Below are positions 24,570 to 38,109 of a stretch of DNA of 64,000 bases, one piece after another. Numbering within the stretch: position 1 is the first letter of the stretch; every line of letters starts with the position of its first letter. The position numbers were made by a program, and so were the translations under genes. The notes beneath the pieces are model-generated. The model saw only the letters and a program-made list of their open reading frames with translations, did not search any database and was not told the origin of the DNA. This stretch comes from Octopus sinensis (lineage: Eukaryota): positions 109,616,001-109,680,000 of the forward strand of contig NC_043000.1 of NCBI RefSeq assembly GCF_006345805.1. The letters are read 5' to 3'.

Positions 24570-25511
24570 GTAAGCTCTAATGCTTCTTTAGTTTTTTTTT
24601 TCTTTTTTTTTTTTTTTTTTGTAGCAAATGATGCCATTAGCTCTTAAGAAATTAATAAAAGAAATCACTCTTGAAGGTCTTAGAATTTCATGATTCTTCA
24701 CTCTGCCACCTCTGCCATCATTGTCTTCATTATTATCTTTTTCCTTGGAGGACAGCATCAAAAAGCCAAAATATCTTGCAGTATTTAGTTGCAATTCTTT
24801 ATGTTCTGGGGTCGGGGCCAAATTTTCTGTCATCCTTTTGGGATCAGTAAACATTGTTCAAAGACTGGGGTCAGTGTTATCAACTAACCCCTCACAACAT
24901 ATTTGTGACCTGAGCCCATCATCATCATTGTCTTCATTGATGGTATTGATGGGAGAAATAAGAAAGCTCCAAAAGCAAAAATGATTTTACACCAAAATTT
25001 CATCCCCAATGTCTGGTGGCCACAAAACGAGCAGTTAATACAAGGGAAATAATCATTTCTTCATAATGTGCTGGTGGCACGTAAAAAGCACCAACCGGTC
25101 GTGGCCGTTGCCAGCCTTGCCTGGCACCTGTGCCAGTGGCACGTAAAAAGCACCCACTACACTCATGGAGTGGTTAGCGTTAGGAAGGGCATCCAACTTT
25201 AGAAATTCTGCCAGATCAGACTGGGCTTGGTGCAGCCTCCTGGCTTCCCAGACCCCGGTCAAACCGTTCAATCCATGCTAGCATGGAAAACGGACGTTAA
25301 ACGATGATGATGATGATGATGATTTGGCAGGATTAGAATTTAAAATTTAAAATTTAGGAATAACATCAGGTTTTAAGTACTGGGTCCGGTCTGAGCACTT
25401 CTTGTGTATACCCATTCTATATCTTTTTTGACATTTTCTTATCTGTTTCTATATAAAGACACACACACACACCTGTATTTTCAGAGGTGTATTGTTTTCT
25501 ATCCTTATTAG

Positions 25512-25720
25512 GAAATGTTGATGAAAAGCGGAAAAGCATGAAAGAGAAACCAGTCTTGCAGTCAATATCTTCTGCTGTAGAAGTCGCATCTACTGATGAG
25601 AATAAGAGAATGTCAAAGGAAGAACGACTCGTCAAAATTGATGCTGCCAAAGCCAAAATCTTCAAGCAAATCTCACCCGTCACCGTCAAATCTATCTTGG
25701 AACTGATCTGTGATGAATCT
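25512..25720 (+). CDS. DRC1: DRC1 exon 13
   Basis: tag|GA NVDEKRKSM...KQISPVTVKSILELICDES|gtgag. Confidence 0.92.
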
Positions 25721-27087
25721 GTGAGTTTTTGAGAATTTTATAATCAACTGGATTTTCGCAGGTAGAACAAAAAAATACATATCATCATCATCATCATTCT
25801 GTTTATTATGCTGGCTTGACTTGGATCATTTGACAAGATCCAGTAAGCTCCTGGTCTGCGTTGAGCTTCAATGTCAGCTCTGTCTTTGGTTTCTGTGGCT
25901 GGATGCTCCTCCTTCCCAATGCCAACCCCTTTACAGAGTAGATTGAGTGCTTTTTTTTTTCTTGCCACCAGAATTAGTGAGATTGCCAAATAATTTGCAA
26001 GACAGGAAAAGAACAGGAAAAATCCCTCTCCACTACATAGTGGAATAGTATTTGAGAGGAGGGGCAGCTTTATGTTGGGTGTTGAGAGGATAAGTATGAC
26101 AGGAGCACAAGAACAAGTGACTTACTATAGAGGAAATACATGATATTACATCATCATCATCATCATCATCGTTTAATGTTGACTTTCCATGCTGGCATGG
26201 GTTGGATGGTTTGACTGAAAACTGGTAAACCAAGAGGACTGCATCGGATTCCAATCTGATTTGGCAAGGTTTCTACAGCTGGATGCCCTTCCTAATGTCA
26301 ACCACTCCATGAATGTAGCGGGTGGTTTTTACGTGCCACCAGCATGGGTGCCAATGACCTGACACCAGCATCAGCCACAACTCAGCTCAAAACTAGATTC
26401 CCTTGTGCTAGGTTCCCTTGTTTGAAAATATAAGGACACAGATCATGTCGTATAGCCAGCTGGAGATGATGTCTCCTAGGGCTAAATTACAGCAACATTC
26501 GTCCTAAACCAGGACTGCCATGTTATGTTGGCAAACAATCTTTACTCCAAAGTACTGTTGCTGAATATCTCTCATGAGATTTAAGAATAGTAATTTTCTA
26601 AAAACTTTGTATTTTAGGCTTATAAACATACTTAATTATGTAAATATACAGAGAAATATAACTATTTTCTACAAGACATATGGCATGGCAGTATGTGCTA
26701 GACTAGATTATCTGCCGGTTTATTCCACAGTTTTTTAATAAGAATTTATACATTGGCACAAGGCCAAAGATTTGCTGAGGTGAGACAATCAATATAAACC
26801 TCACTTTCTACCTGTGAATTCATTTAATAGGTTGTGTGGTTGAAGAGATTGCTTCTCAGCCACACAGTTTCTGGTTCAGCCCCACTACATGATTCTTTAA
26901 GCAAGTGTTGTCTTCTACTACAACCCCAGGACAGTCATAGCCTTGTAGGTGGATTTGATAGATGGAAACTGGAGGAAGCCATTTGTGTGCATGTGCATGT
27001 GTGCATGTGTGTGCATACGCACGTGTGTGTGCATATGCACGTGTGTGTGTGTGTGTCTCCTTATGTTGAAATCACATAATGATTGTA

Positions 27088-27319
27088 TTTCTTTATTGCC
27101 CACAAGGGGCTAAACATAGAGGGGACAAACAAGGACAGACAAAAGGGATTAAGCCAATTACATCAACCTCAGTGTGTAACTGGTACTTAATTTATCGACC
27201 CCGAAAGGATGAAAGGCAAAGTCGACCTTGGCAGAATTTGCACTCGGAACGTAACAACAGACAAAATACGGTTACGCATTTCGCACGGCATGCTAATGAT
27301 TCTGCCAGCTCGCTGTCTT
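27088..27319 (-). mobile_element. tRNA-derived SINE (same family)
   Basis: 17-bp TSD ATCACATAATGATTGTA. Confidence 0.9.
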
Positions 27320-27689
27320 ATCACATAATGATTGTAAATGGATGTCACTATTATTCATTTTCATTATTCTGTCAGGACATGATGTCTAGCCATGTTACTT
27401 TGCCTGGAAATAGATCAAAGTTGACAACAGGTGGAGCATCCGGCTGTAGAAAATCTGCCTCATCAGAACTCCCCAGTTCCATACAAGCATGGAACAGTGG
27501 ACATTACAACGATGATGATGACTGGTATTTATTTTATAGGAAATGTTCGGTCAATCTTGATTGTTTTCAAAGTCTCAATGCCGGGAGTTATAACTAACTC
27601 CTCAAAAATGTTATGATCTTTCGTTGCCCTGTAATAATGATAAAAGCAATAATTTAAGTAACTCACATTTATTGTTGAAATATTTTCAG

Positions 27690-27779
27690 GATTTTCTCAT
27701 TGAATTAAAACTGAACACTTTGTTGGAAAATCTCGAGAAAGACGAGAGAATGCTGATGAAACTCGACAGTGTGTTCTGT
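27690..27779 (+). CDS. DRC1: DRC1 exon 14
   Basis: cag|DFLIELKLNTLLENLEKDERMLMKLDSVFC|gtaag. Confidence 0.95.
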
Positions 27780-29675
27780 GTAAGTTTACATTTCTTTCTA
27801 GATATTTTTTCTTCTTCTCTGTTTTAGGTAAAATAAAGTGTAAACTTTCCAATATTCGATTCTCTTGTTATTCTACAAAATAAGGACCCTCATTCAATGT
27901 TAGTTCAATGTTTTATCATGTTGTCTCATATGGGAATCCAAACCTATCCAGGATTTGCCAGTCTGGTTGCTGACATTCAGTTCTGGTTTTCATCATTTGC
28001 ACTGGGCTCTCTTCTCCTTCAAAGTGCAATTTGCCTTCCTCTCAGTGTCAACTGTCCATCTGGGTTAAATCCAAGATGCACCCACTCGTCTAACCGATTC
28101 CTAGAACCTACAGCAAATTCCCTTTCTAGCTTGTATGTCTACAGGTGCCTGTCCACTCTCACTGCCCTAGGCCAAAGAGGCTCACACTGGTCCTACTTTT
28201 CAACCATTTGACCTCATTCACTCACTCCTCTTCCATTAGAGCTCTTCAGCCATTGACATCATTGACCCTTTCTCCTCAATTCACCCCATCTCCACATCCC
28301 CCCCCCCCGATCTCATAGATCACCTCCTCACTTCACCCCATGTCGAAATCTGCTATCCACCTGCGCAGACATCTCGCTAACTGTGATCTCCATGGGGATG
28401 GAGAGCTGCTTGCTTCCTCTCCTCTCCCTTCATCATCTAACAAAGCAACAATTCTGTGAACATCCAAGACATGACATGGCATTCCATCCACAGAGACATC
28501 ATTTTTGGAATTAACAGCCATCCCTGTCCCTCTGTTCCACCAAGGCAAATTCTTCTGCAAAGAGACTCTTAGATTTCTTCAAAGAATACAAATCTCCTTT
28601 CTTCAAGATTAAGCAACATGGTGGGATACTAGAAAGATTAAAAACTACATGAGATAAATGACCATTTCAGAGATGACAGGGGACCACATCAAATGGTAAG
28701 ATGTTGTGTTACTGTAGACCTAGCAAACCCATGTCAAGTGGTTGAGAAAAAAACCCATAAGCACTTGAAATGGTGATGACTGAATTGGAAGCTTGGAGAA
28801 GATTAAAATTAATTTGTTGATTAATTTTATCAAGTGTCACAAAGAAAAGTAATTTTAGTTGTTATCTTTTAATTATTGTTTTCTTTGAATTCATTATTTT
28901 AATTTGTTTTACATTCTCAATATTTCATCACCATCATCATCATTTAACATCCCCTTTTCCATGCTGGCAAGGGTTTGATGGTTTGACAAGAATAGAAGAG
29001 CCAAAGGATGGCACCAAACTCCATTGTCTACCATTCCTAATCCCGACCACTTAAGAGAGTCTACTGAATGCTTTTTTTTTATGTGGCACCAGCACCGGTG
29101 AGGTTGCCAAATACAGGCAAGATAAGAGCCTTCAATTGAGCAGAGTATAGACTGGAGAAATAAGGGACCATAGCAGAGGCAGAAGACATACAGACAGAAA
29201 AGGGAGAAATGTATATTGTATTTAATGACTTTGAAAAGTGTCTTTCTTTTAGCTTTTAATTCTTTGCTGCTGCAGGACTGTGGCCATACTAGAGCACCAG
29301 CTTGAAGAATTTTAGTGAAACAAACTGACGCCCAAATTCCCACTTTTTCTTTTAAGCCTAGTATTTATTCTATTGGTCTCTTTTGCTGAACTGCTAAGTT
29401 ACAGGGACATAAACATACCAACACTGATCATCAAGAAATAGTGGATGACAAAAACACACACACACATGCATATATATATATATAATGCAAATAAGAAAAT
29501 GGAGAAACAATTTAGTTGGTTCATCAGCTTTCGGATATTAGAATGTTGAATTATTTATTCATTTAACAAAAATGAGAACCATAATAGCATGCATATATAC
29601 ATTATAATTCAATACATATAAGATAAGAATACAATAATAAAAATCATAATATAAATTATTGAAATCATTAAAATC

Positions 29676-29808
29676 ATTCCTTACAGCTGTTTCAGCCTAT
29701 GGATAAAAGTAGTTTTTTTTTCAGTGCCTATAGTTGTCGATTATATTGAGGTTGTAGGCATTTAAAAATAGGGTACTTATATATATAACCATAGGCCTCG
29801 TCAAAGAT
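29676..29808 (-). ncRNA. Hammerhead ribozyme motif with extended helix II (decayed)
   Basis: UCU UUGACGA GGCCUAUGG-(86-nt loop)-CCAUAGGCU GAAA CAGCUG UA^ AGG; palindromic helix III ACAGCUGU; C3 is U. Confidence 0.6.
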
Positions 29809-30173
29809 TATAAAGAACTATAAAAATATTAATACATGAAACAGGATACACATACATCATCATCATCATCATCGTCGTTTAACGTCCGTTCTCCATGCTA
29901 GCATGGGTTGGACGGTTCGACCGGGGTTCTGGGAAGCCAGAAGGCTGCACCAGGCTCCAGTCTAATTTGGCAATGTTTCTACAGCTGGATGCCCTTCCTA
30001 ACGCCAACCACTCAATTTAATATATATAAAAATATGAACAAATATCCATATACACTTACACATATACATGTATACAATCATAAGCAGAGTATATATACAT
30101 TTATATGTGTATAAATACATAAATAAACACAATTAAACAATAGGTCCAAGTAAATAGACCATTCATCATATAC

Positions 30174-30219
<46 letters not shown>

Positions 30220-30527
30220 TGGAACATACACACATAATAAGCTTCTTTCAGTTTTTGTCTACCAAATCCACTCACAAGGCTTTGGTCAGCCCAAGGCTAT
30301 AGTAAAAGACATGTGCCCAAGGTTGTGGAACTGAACTCAGAACTATGTGGTTGGGAAGAAAACTTCTTACCACACATCCAAGCCTGTTTAAGTTCTCATT
30401 TGTATCCAAGCGCAAACCTAAACAGACATAAAAGACAAAATGCATTAAATATGAAACCTGCTTTGGGCCCCTTAAGTCCAGATAGACTCAATTCAGCTCA
30501 ATTACTTCTATTTTTCTGATTATACAG

Positions 30528-30644
30528 GTCTTGGGAGTGACAACTGAGAGTGATATTCTACATCTTGCAACATTCTTCAGGCTTTCTTCAGACGATTTTG
30601 AAGGCAAAGAAGACGAACTTAATGACATGGAATCAAAAGTCGTT
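30528..30644 (+). CDS. DRC1: DRC1 exon 15
   Basis: cag|VLGVTTESDILHLATFFRLSSDDFEGKEDELNDMESKVV|gtaag. Confidence 0.92.
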
Positions 30645-31026
30645 GTAAGGAATCAACCTTATTCTTTTTGTGAACTTGTTACGATTTTGCCCATTTCTTT
30701 CTTTATTCTTTTTTTATTTCACATTTTCATCTGGGGAGATGGGACCAGTACATTGCACCTTTTCAAAACTTTGAAAAGTGTCTATGTTTTTTAACACTCT
30801 ACATATAAAATATAGACCCTGTTTCCAAAGTTTTGAAAATGGTCTGTGCAGACCTTCAAAGTCTGGTAAAGGTTCGACATGGTTGAGGTTCTGTTTGATC
30901 ATCTGCAAAGTGATACTTCTAAGGAAAAAGTGGACAGTTAGAAGGTTTCAAGGGCTCGAATTTTAGAAGAAGTGTTTAAGTGAAGGAATGTTTAGGGTTG
31001 GGATTTAAGGGTGACGCATCATGCTA

Positions 31027-32299
31027 TTATGTTGTTCCGAAAACAATGGCCATTCTAAGTGTTGTGTTTTGAAACACAATTTTATCATAGTATTTTAATT
31101 ATATTTTAGGTGAATTTCGACATATCTAATAATTGATGTATGCTCTTTAATAATTTTCTACTTGTTTCAGACAGAAAACATTCTTGAAGAATAGGCGCCC
31201 TGAATTATGAACACGGAAAAAAGGACCTTAGCTTACTTATCTTGCATGAGTTCAAACTTGGGCACAATGCCTCCCAAACTGCTGTCAATATCAACAGAGC
31301 ATGGGGAGGGGGGGTCCACAAGTGATCACACAGTGTGAAGGTGGTTTCAGAAATTCCATATTGGTGATGAGGGTCTTGAGGATGAAGAAGGTAGAGGATG
31401 GTCATGTAGTCTTGACAATGAACAATTGAAAGCAATTGTTGAAAAAAAAACCCACATCAAAGTGTCAGAGAAATGCCTCAGGCACTTGGTGTCGGTACTG
31501 CGACAGTTTCGCGCAATCTGCAGAAGATTGGTAAAGTGAAAAAGCTTGATAAATGGGTACCACATCAGCTCAATGAAAACCAAAAAGTTCGGCATTTTGA
31601 AGTATGCTCGATGCTCTTTCTGCGAAACACCGATGTTCCTTTTCTTGACTGAATAGTCACTTGTGGCGAAACTGGGTCATTTATGATAACCGTAAACGGT
31701 CAGGTCAATGGCTTGATCATGATGAGTCCCCTAAACATTTCCCAAAGCCAAAGTTGCATCAGCAAAAGATTATGGTGACTGTCTGGTGGTCTGGAATTGG
31801 TGTTGTCCATTACAGCTTTCTGGAAGCCAATCAGAGCATTTTAGCAGAGGTTTACTGCAATCAACTCACTGGAATGCATGCTCACTTGCAACAAATGAGA
31901 CTTGCATTGGTGAATCAGCATGGCCCAATTCTGCTCCACGATTAATACAAGGCTACATGTTGCAAGAATGACACTGAGGAAACTCACAGACTTTGGAAAT
32001 GTAACTTTACCACATCCTCCATATTCTCCTGATCTTTCACCCACTCACTACCATTTTTTAAAGCATTTAAACACGTTTTTAAGGGATAAAACTTTCAGGT
32101 TCAAACTAGAGTTTCAAAGATTTCTTGGCATCAAAACCAATAAGTTTTTACCAACAAGGCATAAATAATCTCACTGATTGATGGCAGAGATACATAGATG
32201 TTCATGGCTCGTACTTTGACTAATTAAAACATTTCTATTGTTAATTTTTCTGGAATGAAATTGTTTCTGAAGTCAGCCATTATTTTTTGAACAACGTAA
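31027..32299 (+). mobile_element. Full-length decayed mariner (DD34D) DNA transposon in DRC1 intron 15
   Basis: Imperfect ~26-bp TIRs (TTATGTTGTTCCGAAAACAATGGC / GCCATTATTTTTTGAACAACGTAA); TA at the left end; 1.27 kb. Broken transposase has HEFKLGHNA, RWFQKF, IVTCGE.WVIYDN, LLHD and HPPYSPDLSP motifs, with stops and frameshifts. Confidence 0.95.
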
Positions 32300-32654
32300 T
32301 GGTATAATTTAGTTCTTTGCTTTCTTTCAGTATTCAGAACTGCGTAATTATTTAGATTATTTTTTTTAAATGAGTAGAAAAGACAATAACACGAGAAATT
32401 AATTGCTTGAGTTGGGTCATTACTAACACTGTAATTTATCTGCACTAATTAACCTCTTCAATAGAATTTTCATAAACAGAACAAATGCATTTACCTGCAG
32501 ACCCACAATGCTTCTTCAAGGAAACAATTTATCACAAATGTACTTGTTCTCTTTTAATACAATCTAATAAAATCTTCACCTAAAGAACCTTTGTAGATTT
32601 CTGTCCAAATTCACTTTGAACTCCCCACTGCAGAAGACGCAAATAGCCACAATG

Positions 32655-33240
32655 GTGAAACACACACATTATTATTATTATTGAGTGAGAGAGCAGTGCA
32701 TGCCATCAAAGTGACACTGGGGTAAAATATACAAAGCCCAGTATACCCATCATGACTACCCGTCTGATAAGGGTACACTAGGCACATGCATCACAGCCAT
32801 ATGTGCACGACATGGTGATCTCGTATCAAGATAAATGGCACATGGCCTTGCTGGTGGGGCCCAGTTAGAATTTTCTTCTGGTCAAGTAGCCCATCTCGTT
32901 CAAAAGGTCCCTGAATAAGGGTTGTTTAAGGATGTTGAACGAAACACCCATATTTCCAGAGGTGAATTATTCAAACCCCAAATAATCCCTCTCAACACAT
33001 GGCTATAATGCTCCCTCACTATTTCTACTCGTGATCAGAGATGCACATATCGTCAGCCACTAAGGGACATGCTCAGCTGGTTAAGGTCAAACAACTGACA
33101 AGCAAATCTGTGGTAATGAGCAGAATATTTGCTGTAGCCCATCTTTTATACCAAGACAAAACAATGTACATGATAACACTTCCGATCAGTTAAGATCAGA
33201 AGCCACAAGAGCCCCTGCCTGGTACTGCATCAGGGCATTT
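32655..33240 (-). mobile_element. ~580-bp interspersed repeat with (AAT)n tail, family unassigned
   Basis: Complex sequence bounded by simple repeats at both ends; no ORF. Confidence 0.45.
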
Positions 33241-33315
33241 ATCGTCGTCGTCGTCGTTATTATTATCATTATTATTATTATTATCTTTCTGTCTTGTAAA
33301 TTTCTCTTTAAAAAG

Positions 33316-33533
33316 GACGATGCAAGTTCAAAATGTGAAAAATCATTTCTGGAAGCTGAAATGTCTACGCAAGCCTCAGAAGAGAGGCCCAGTGAGTTTG
33401 ATGAATTCACAGAGAGTCAAATTACCATTACCACCAAACGACTAAACTATAATGAACCGCAACTTATTCATCCAAACGATGTACTAAAGGCCCTGCGATC
33501 TTTTGTTGAAAAACACCACAGTTTTGAGAATAG
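33316..33533 (+). CDS. DRC1: DRC1 exon 16
   Basis: aag|DDASSKCEK...EPQLIHPNDVLKALRSFVEKHHSFEN AG|gtaaa; contains the conserved IHPNDVLK motif. Confidence 0.92.
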
Positions 33534-33755
33534 GTAAACTTTAATTGGATTTTTTGTTCGTTGCTCTTTCTCTCTCTCTCCATTGCTCAGTTATTCGAGG
33601 CAAAAACAATGCAGACAAAACATAATAAAAAATAGTAAAAATAACCAAGTGATAGAAATATGACATCATTAGCTGCATCATGAGGGCAATACAGAATGTA
33701 ATAACAATTAATTAATAAATGAGAAAATTAAAAGTGCGACTTAATTGCTTTCATT

Positions 33756-33833
33756 AGCTTACCATTGTTTCAGCTATTACAAACCATGCATCTGGCGTGT
33801 GTACCAGTCCAACACTTTAACTTCCTCAGAGCT
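33756..33833 (-). ncRNA. Hammerhead-like motif (third family, decayed)
   Basis: AGCU CUGAGGA AGUUA...UAGCU GAAA CAAUGG UA^ AGCU. Confidence 0.45.
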
Positions 33834-34323
33834 TTGAGGAAGTTAATGAACATGATTATGAAATTCTAGTTCTTTTGTCATTGATTTGTGTGTGTGTGCA
33901 TGTGCGTACGTACGCGCATGCATGCGTGCATGCTTGTGTGTGTGTACACATATACATATATAATTGATAATTTGGTGTCAAAAGTTTTGGTTCCATGTCA
34001 GTGACCAGGTTGCAGTTGGTGTGACAAAAATATTGACATCAAATAATAAATGTTTAAATGAAGTTAACTGTTTTGTGTGCTTTTGAATAGCGAATGGTTT
34101 ATTGATAATGTCCATTACATTAGGAAATAATTAACTGATTAATGGATAACTAAGTTAACTTTTCGAATAACGGTGCCCACTTTTGTAAATTATACAAGTT
34201 GAACTAAAGTTAACAGACAGATTAGATGCTGTCATTGTTTTGCTTTCAACTCGTGGTTTCAGATGAAATCACTGCAAGGTTTTTCAAATTTTCATTTTTA
34301 TGCCATTTTTCTCATTAACACAG

Positions 34324-34476
34324 GAGTAAGAGTAAATTAACCTCATTCCAGTTATCCAAAGTTGAGCAGCGAAAGGATTCTTGTGACAGCATCTACTGGA
34401 AAAAGTATTATTACGCATTGAGTAAAGATCAAGAGAGACTGTGGGATGCTTTAATTCATGGTCTTGAAAAATACCA
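34324..34476 (+). CDS. DRC1: DRC1 exon 17
   Basis: cag|G SKSKLTSF...DSIYWKKYYYALSKDQERLWDALIHGLEKY CA|gtaag. Confidence 0.93.
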
Positions 34477-34966
34477 GTAAGTGTCACAACCTTTCTAGAC
34501 TGAACAAGGGGCATCTTTGGGGTGATACACCTTCCATATTGTTGTTTATATCCTCATTTCGGTTGTGGCTTGTTTGCAGTGAGAAGGCAGCTGTTAGTAT
34601 GCTGGATGTAATATCTTGTGCTGTTTGTTCTGGACCTCAGTACTCTGGGTTCAAATCTCATCAAATCAGCATTGCCTTTCATCACTTCAGGGTTGATAAA
34701 AATAGAAAAGGTAGTAGTCAGGTATGGTGGATTGGTAGATCTGCTTAAGGGTCAGCCAAGGGTCAGCTTTGCAATGTTTGTTGCCATTCTTTGTGTTCTG
34801 ACAGCAACACTTGCGATGACATTAGTGCCAAGTCAGTGGACTTTTTCTATTTCTAGAAGGTCAAATGTCTCTGAGATTATTTGATTGTTCAATGTCGCAG
34901 TAAGAAGAACAAAGAACCAGTGAGTATTAGAGCAGCAGAGACAACACGGTCAGTGTTGAGGAAGGC

Positions 34967-35414
34967 ATACATTGAAACTCTGACGTCTGGCAGCTGACTT
35001 GGCCGACACCCATAAAATTATTAACCATCTTACCAACAATAACTCTGAGAACCTTTTCAAACTCCACCTGTCTAACACCCGTGGACATGTTTACAAAGTC
35101 AGAAAACAGCACAGCTTCCATGACTTTCGGAAACATTTTTTCATGCTGAGAGCTGCTGAAGCATGGAACAGACTGCCGACATCAGTTGTTAGTTGTCGGA
35201 GCACTGCATCATTCAAAACTTCCATGCTTCCTGAGATTCGCCAACACTACACCTGATTTTCTCCCCTCCATACACACGCAAGCATCTATCTGACTCATAC
35301 ACTGTTCACTTCCCAGACATTTGTACATTACTGCATATGCTTTATATGCACTTTTGACAGGTTGTGATGCACCTGAGCACTGTATACAATAATTTCATTA
35401 TATTATATTATTAT
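34967..35414 (+). mobile_element. CR1-type LINE 3' end with (ATT)n tail
   Basis: NTRGHVYKVRKQ...AWNRLPTSVVSCRSTASFKTSMLPEIRQHYT*, UTR and tail. Confidence 0.9.
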
Positions 35415-35554
35415 AAAGTAAATAAAGACCAATCAAAAATATATTTGCAAACATTTCCAACCCACATTTGCCATGTTTGAGAGATAAATTAGAAAATAAA
35501 AGAATTATTGATTTTTTTATCTTTGTTTTTTTTTTTCTTCACTCTTGTTTTCAG

Positions 35555-35657
35555 TCAGATTCTCCAGGACAGAGCAAATTTAATTGACGAAAATTCTACA
35601 CTTTCACAACAAAACCAGGAACTCAACATACTGTTGCATCAGTATATCAATGCTAAG
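35555..35657 (+). CDS. DRC1: DRC1 exon 18
   Basis: cag|T QILQDRANLIDENSTLSQQNQELNILLHQYINAK|gtaag. Confidence 0.96.
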
Positions 35658-36070
35658 GTAAGGAGATCAAATATCACCAATGACATGCACACACACGCAC
35701 ACGCACATACATGCACATACATGCATATGCTCTTTTACTTGTTTCAGTCATTAGATTGCAGCCATGCTGGAGCACAATCTCGAAAAGTTTTGTTAAATAA
35801 TCAGCCGAGGGCACAGTAACAGTGGGTGCGAGTGTACCCCTAAAATTTTGCAGAGAACTACAAAAGCACTTAGAACATTCTAGGTTGGACCTAGGCTTGC
35901 AGCCCCTAAACAAATTTCATTCCCACACTTTAGGGCCCAGTATATGTGTTTTCTTTTATTTTTAATCTGGTTTCTCTCCTGTCAAACCACAGTTGTGGGG
36001 ACATAAACAAACACAAACCGAAAAACACACACATAGGCACGCATGCTCAATGAGCTTCAGCACAATTTCT

Positions 36071-36302
36071 TATTTCTTTATTACCCACAAGGGGCTAAAC
36101 ATAGAGGGGATAAACAAGGACAGACAAAGGGATTAAATCGATGACATTGACCCCCAGTGCATAACTGGTACTTAATTTATCGACCCCAAAAGGATGAAAG
36201 GTAAAGTCGACCTCAGCAGAATTTGAACTCAGAATGTGACAGCAGACGAAATACGGCTACGCATTTCGCCCAGCATGCTAACGTTTCTGCCAGCTCGCCG
36301 CC
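36071..36302 (-). mobile_element. tRNA-derived SINE (same family)
   Basis: 15-bp TSD TTCAGCACA(A/G)TTTCT. Confidence 0.9.
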
Positions 36303-37512
36303 TTCAGCACAGTTTCTGCCACCCAAATTTCCTTACAAGGCATTTTGTCAACCTGGGACTCTAGAAGACACTTGTTCAAGGTATTGTGCAACCTGATTGA
36401 TTTGACCTTTGACATGGCTGAACAACCAGTCCCAACAAGTCGGGATTCACTGGACAGGTTGTGCTATTCATCCTTTCCGTCACTAAACACAAAAAAAAAC
36501 TACAAAACATGCCTTGCCAGACCTCTTCCATTCAGATGATTTTTCCTGAGTCACCACCGCACCCTTCTACACCAATCTGTCACAAGGTTACCATGTACAG
36601 CTGAGTCAAATGGAACAACGTAAAAGGAAACGTTTTGCTCAAGAATATAACGGACATCCAGTCGGGGAAGTGAAACCGCGATCTCGTGAGCGTGAGTGCA
36701 ATGCCCAAACCACTGAGCCACGCACTTTCCACAAGGAGGCCATTTTATTTCAAAGGGAACTTCTTCACCATTTGAATTAACCTAGATAAAAGGGTGTAGT
36801 GTTATGACATATATACACATCTTTCTACAACGGCCAGATTAATGCTGTTGGTGTATATAGACCTTTATTCTTGTATTGACTCAAGTTATTAAAACTGTTA
36901 ATCGTTTCATCGTTCTCTAGTAAGTCCATGTCAATATAGGTTAGCTCCCTTGAAAGAGTTGCCTCCCTGGAAATGCCTTGTGCCCGTGTATGGTTTGAGG
37001 GTTGGAGCGTCGGGCTTGCAATCATTAGGTAGTAAGTCGGGTTGTGTGCTGTGTTCTTGAGCATGACACTTTATTTCGTGTTATTCCAGTTCACTCAGCT
37101 GTAGACGTGAATTGCGACGCCACTGGTACCAAGCTGTATCGGCCTTTGCCTTGCCCTTGGATAACATCAGTGGCGTAGAGAGGAGAGGCTGGTATGCATG
37201 GGCGACTACTGGTCTTCCATCAACAACCTTGCCCGGTCTTGTGCCTCGGAGGGTAATTTTGTAGGTGAAATCCCATGGTCGTTCATGACTGAAGGGAGTC
37301 CTAAGAAAAAAGATGCATCAATGCACACGTGCACAGAGAGACACTCATAATCACTTCTTTATTTTTAGCTTTCTCTTTCTCTGTCTCTCTTTAACCCTTA
37401 AAGTGCTGGGATTTGCACTCACATAGCATGGACTGCTGAGCACATTTTATGAAAGTGAGACTACCATGCACACATAAAAAACAAACAAAAAAATAGTTAA
37501 AATATCTTCTTA

Positions 37513-37923
37513 GGCGCAGGAGTGGCTGTGTGGTAAGTAGCTTGCTAACCAACCACATGGTTCCAGGTTCAGTCCCACTGCGTGGCACCTTGGGCAAGTG
37601 TCTTCTACTCTAGCCTCGGGCCGACCAATGCCTTGTGAGTGGATTTGGTAGACGGAAACTGAAAGAAGCCTGTTGTATATATGTATATATATATATGTAT
37701 GTGTGTTTGTGTGTCTGTGTTTGTCTCCCTAGCATTGCTTGACAACTGATGCTGGTGTGTTTACGTCCCCGTCACTTAGCGGTTCGGCAAAAGCGACCGA
37801 TAGGATAAGTACTAGGCTTACAAAGAATAAGTCCTGGAGTCGATTTGCTCGACTAAAGGCGGTGCTCCAGCATGGCCGCAGTCAAATGACTGAAACAAGT
37901 AAAAGAGTAAAGAGTAAAAGAGT
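37513..37923 (+). mobile_element. ~400-bp tRNA-headed SINE, second family, full length
   Basis: Near-identical to the reverse complement of 13789-14186. Confidence 0.88.
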
Positions 37924-38109
37924 TAGTATATAATGGTGGCAAGTTTTACATCATCTGAAAAGTCATTAGTTGAACTATCAATCCTCTTGCATTCTGTGGG
38001 GTTTTATATATATATATATTCCACTTTGCATGAGCTGACTGAAATGATATATTTCATTTAACTATGTACTTTATATTGTACTTGAATATGTTTATCTTTT
38101 GTTTTTCAG

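Noticed and set aside
27079-27597. Longest ORF in the track (172 aa)
   Set aside because: Reads through an antisense SINE and an RTE-UTR repeat; not a gene.
27900-28560. Possible Penelope GIY-YIG remnant (PSGLN)
   Set aside because: Single short motif; frames are broken.
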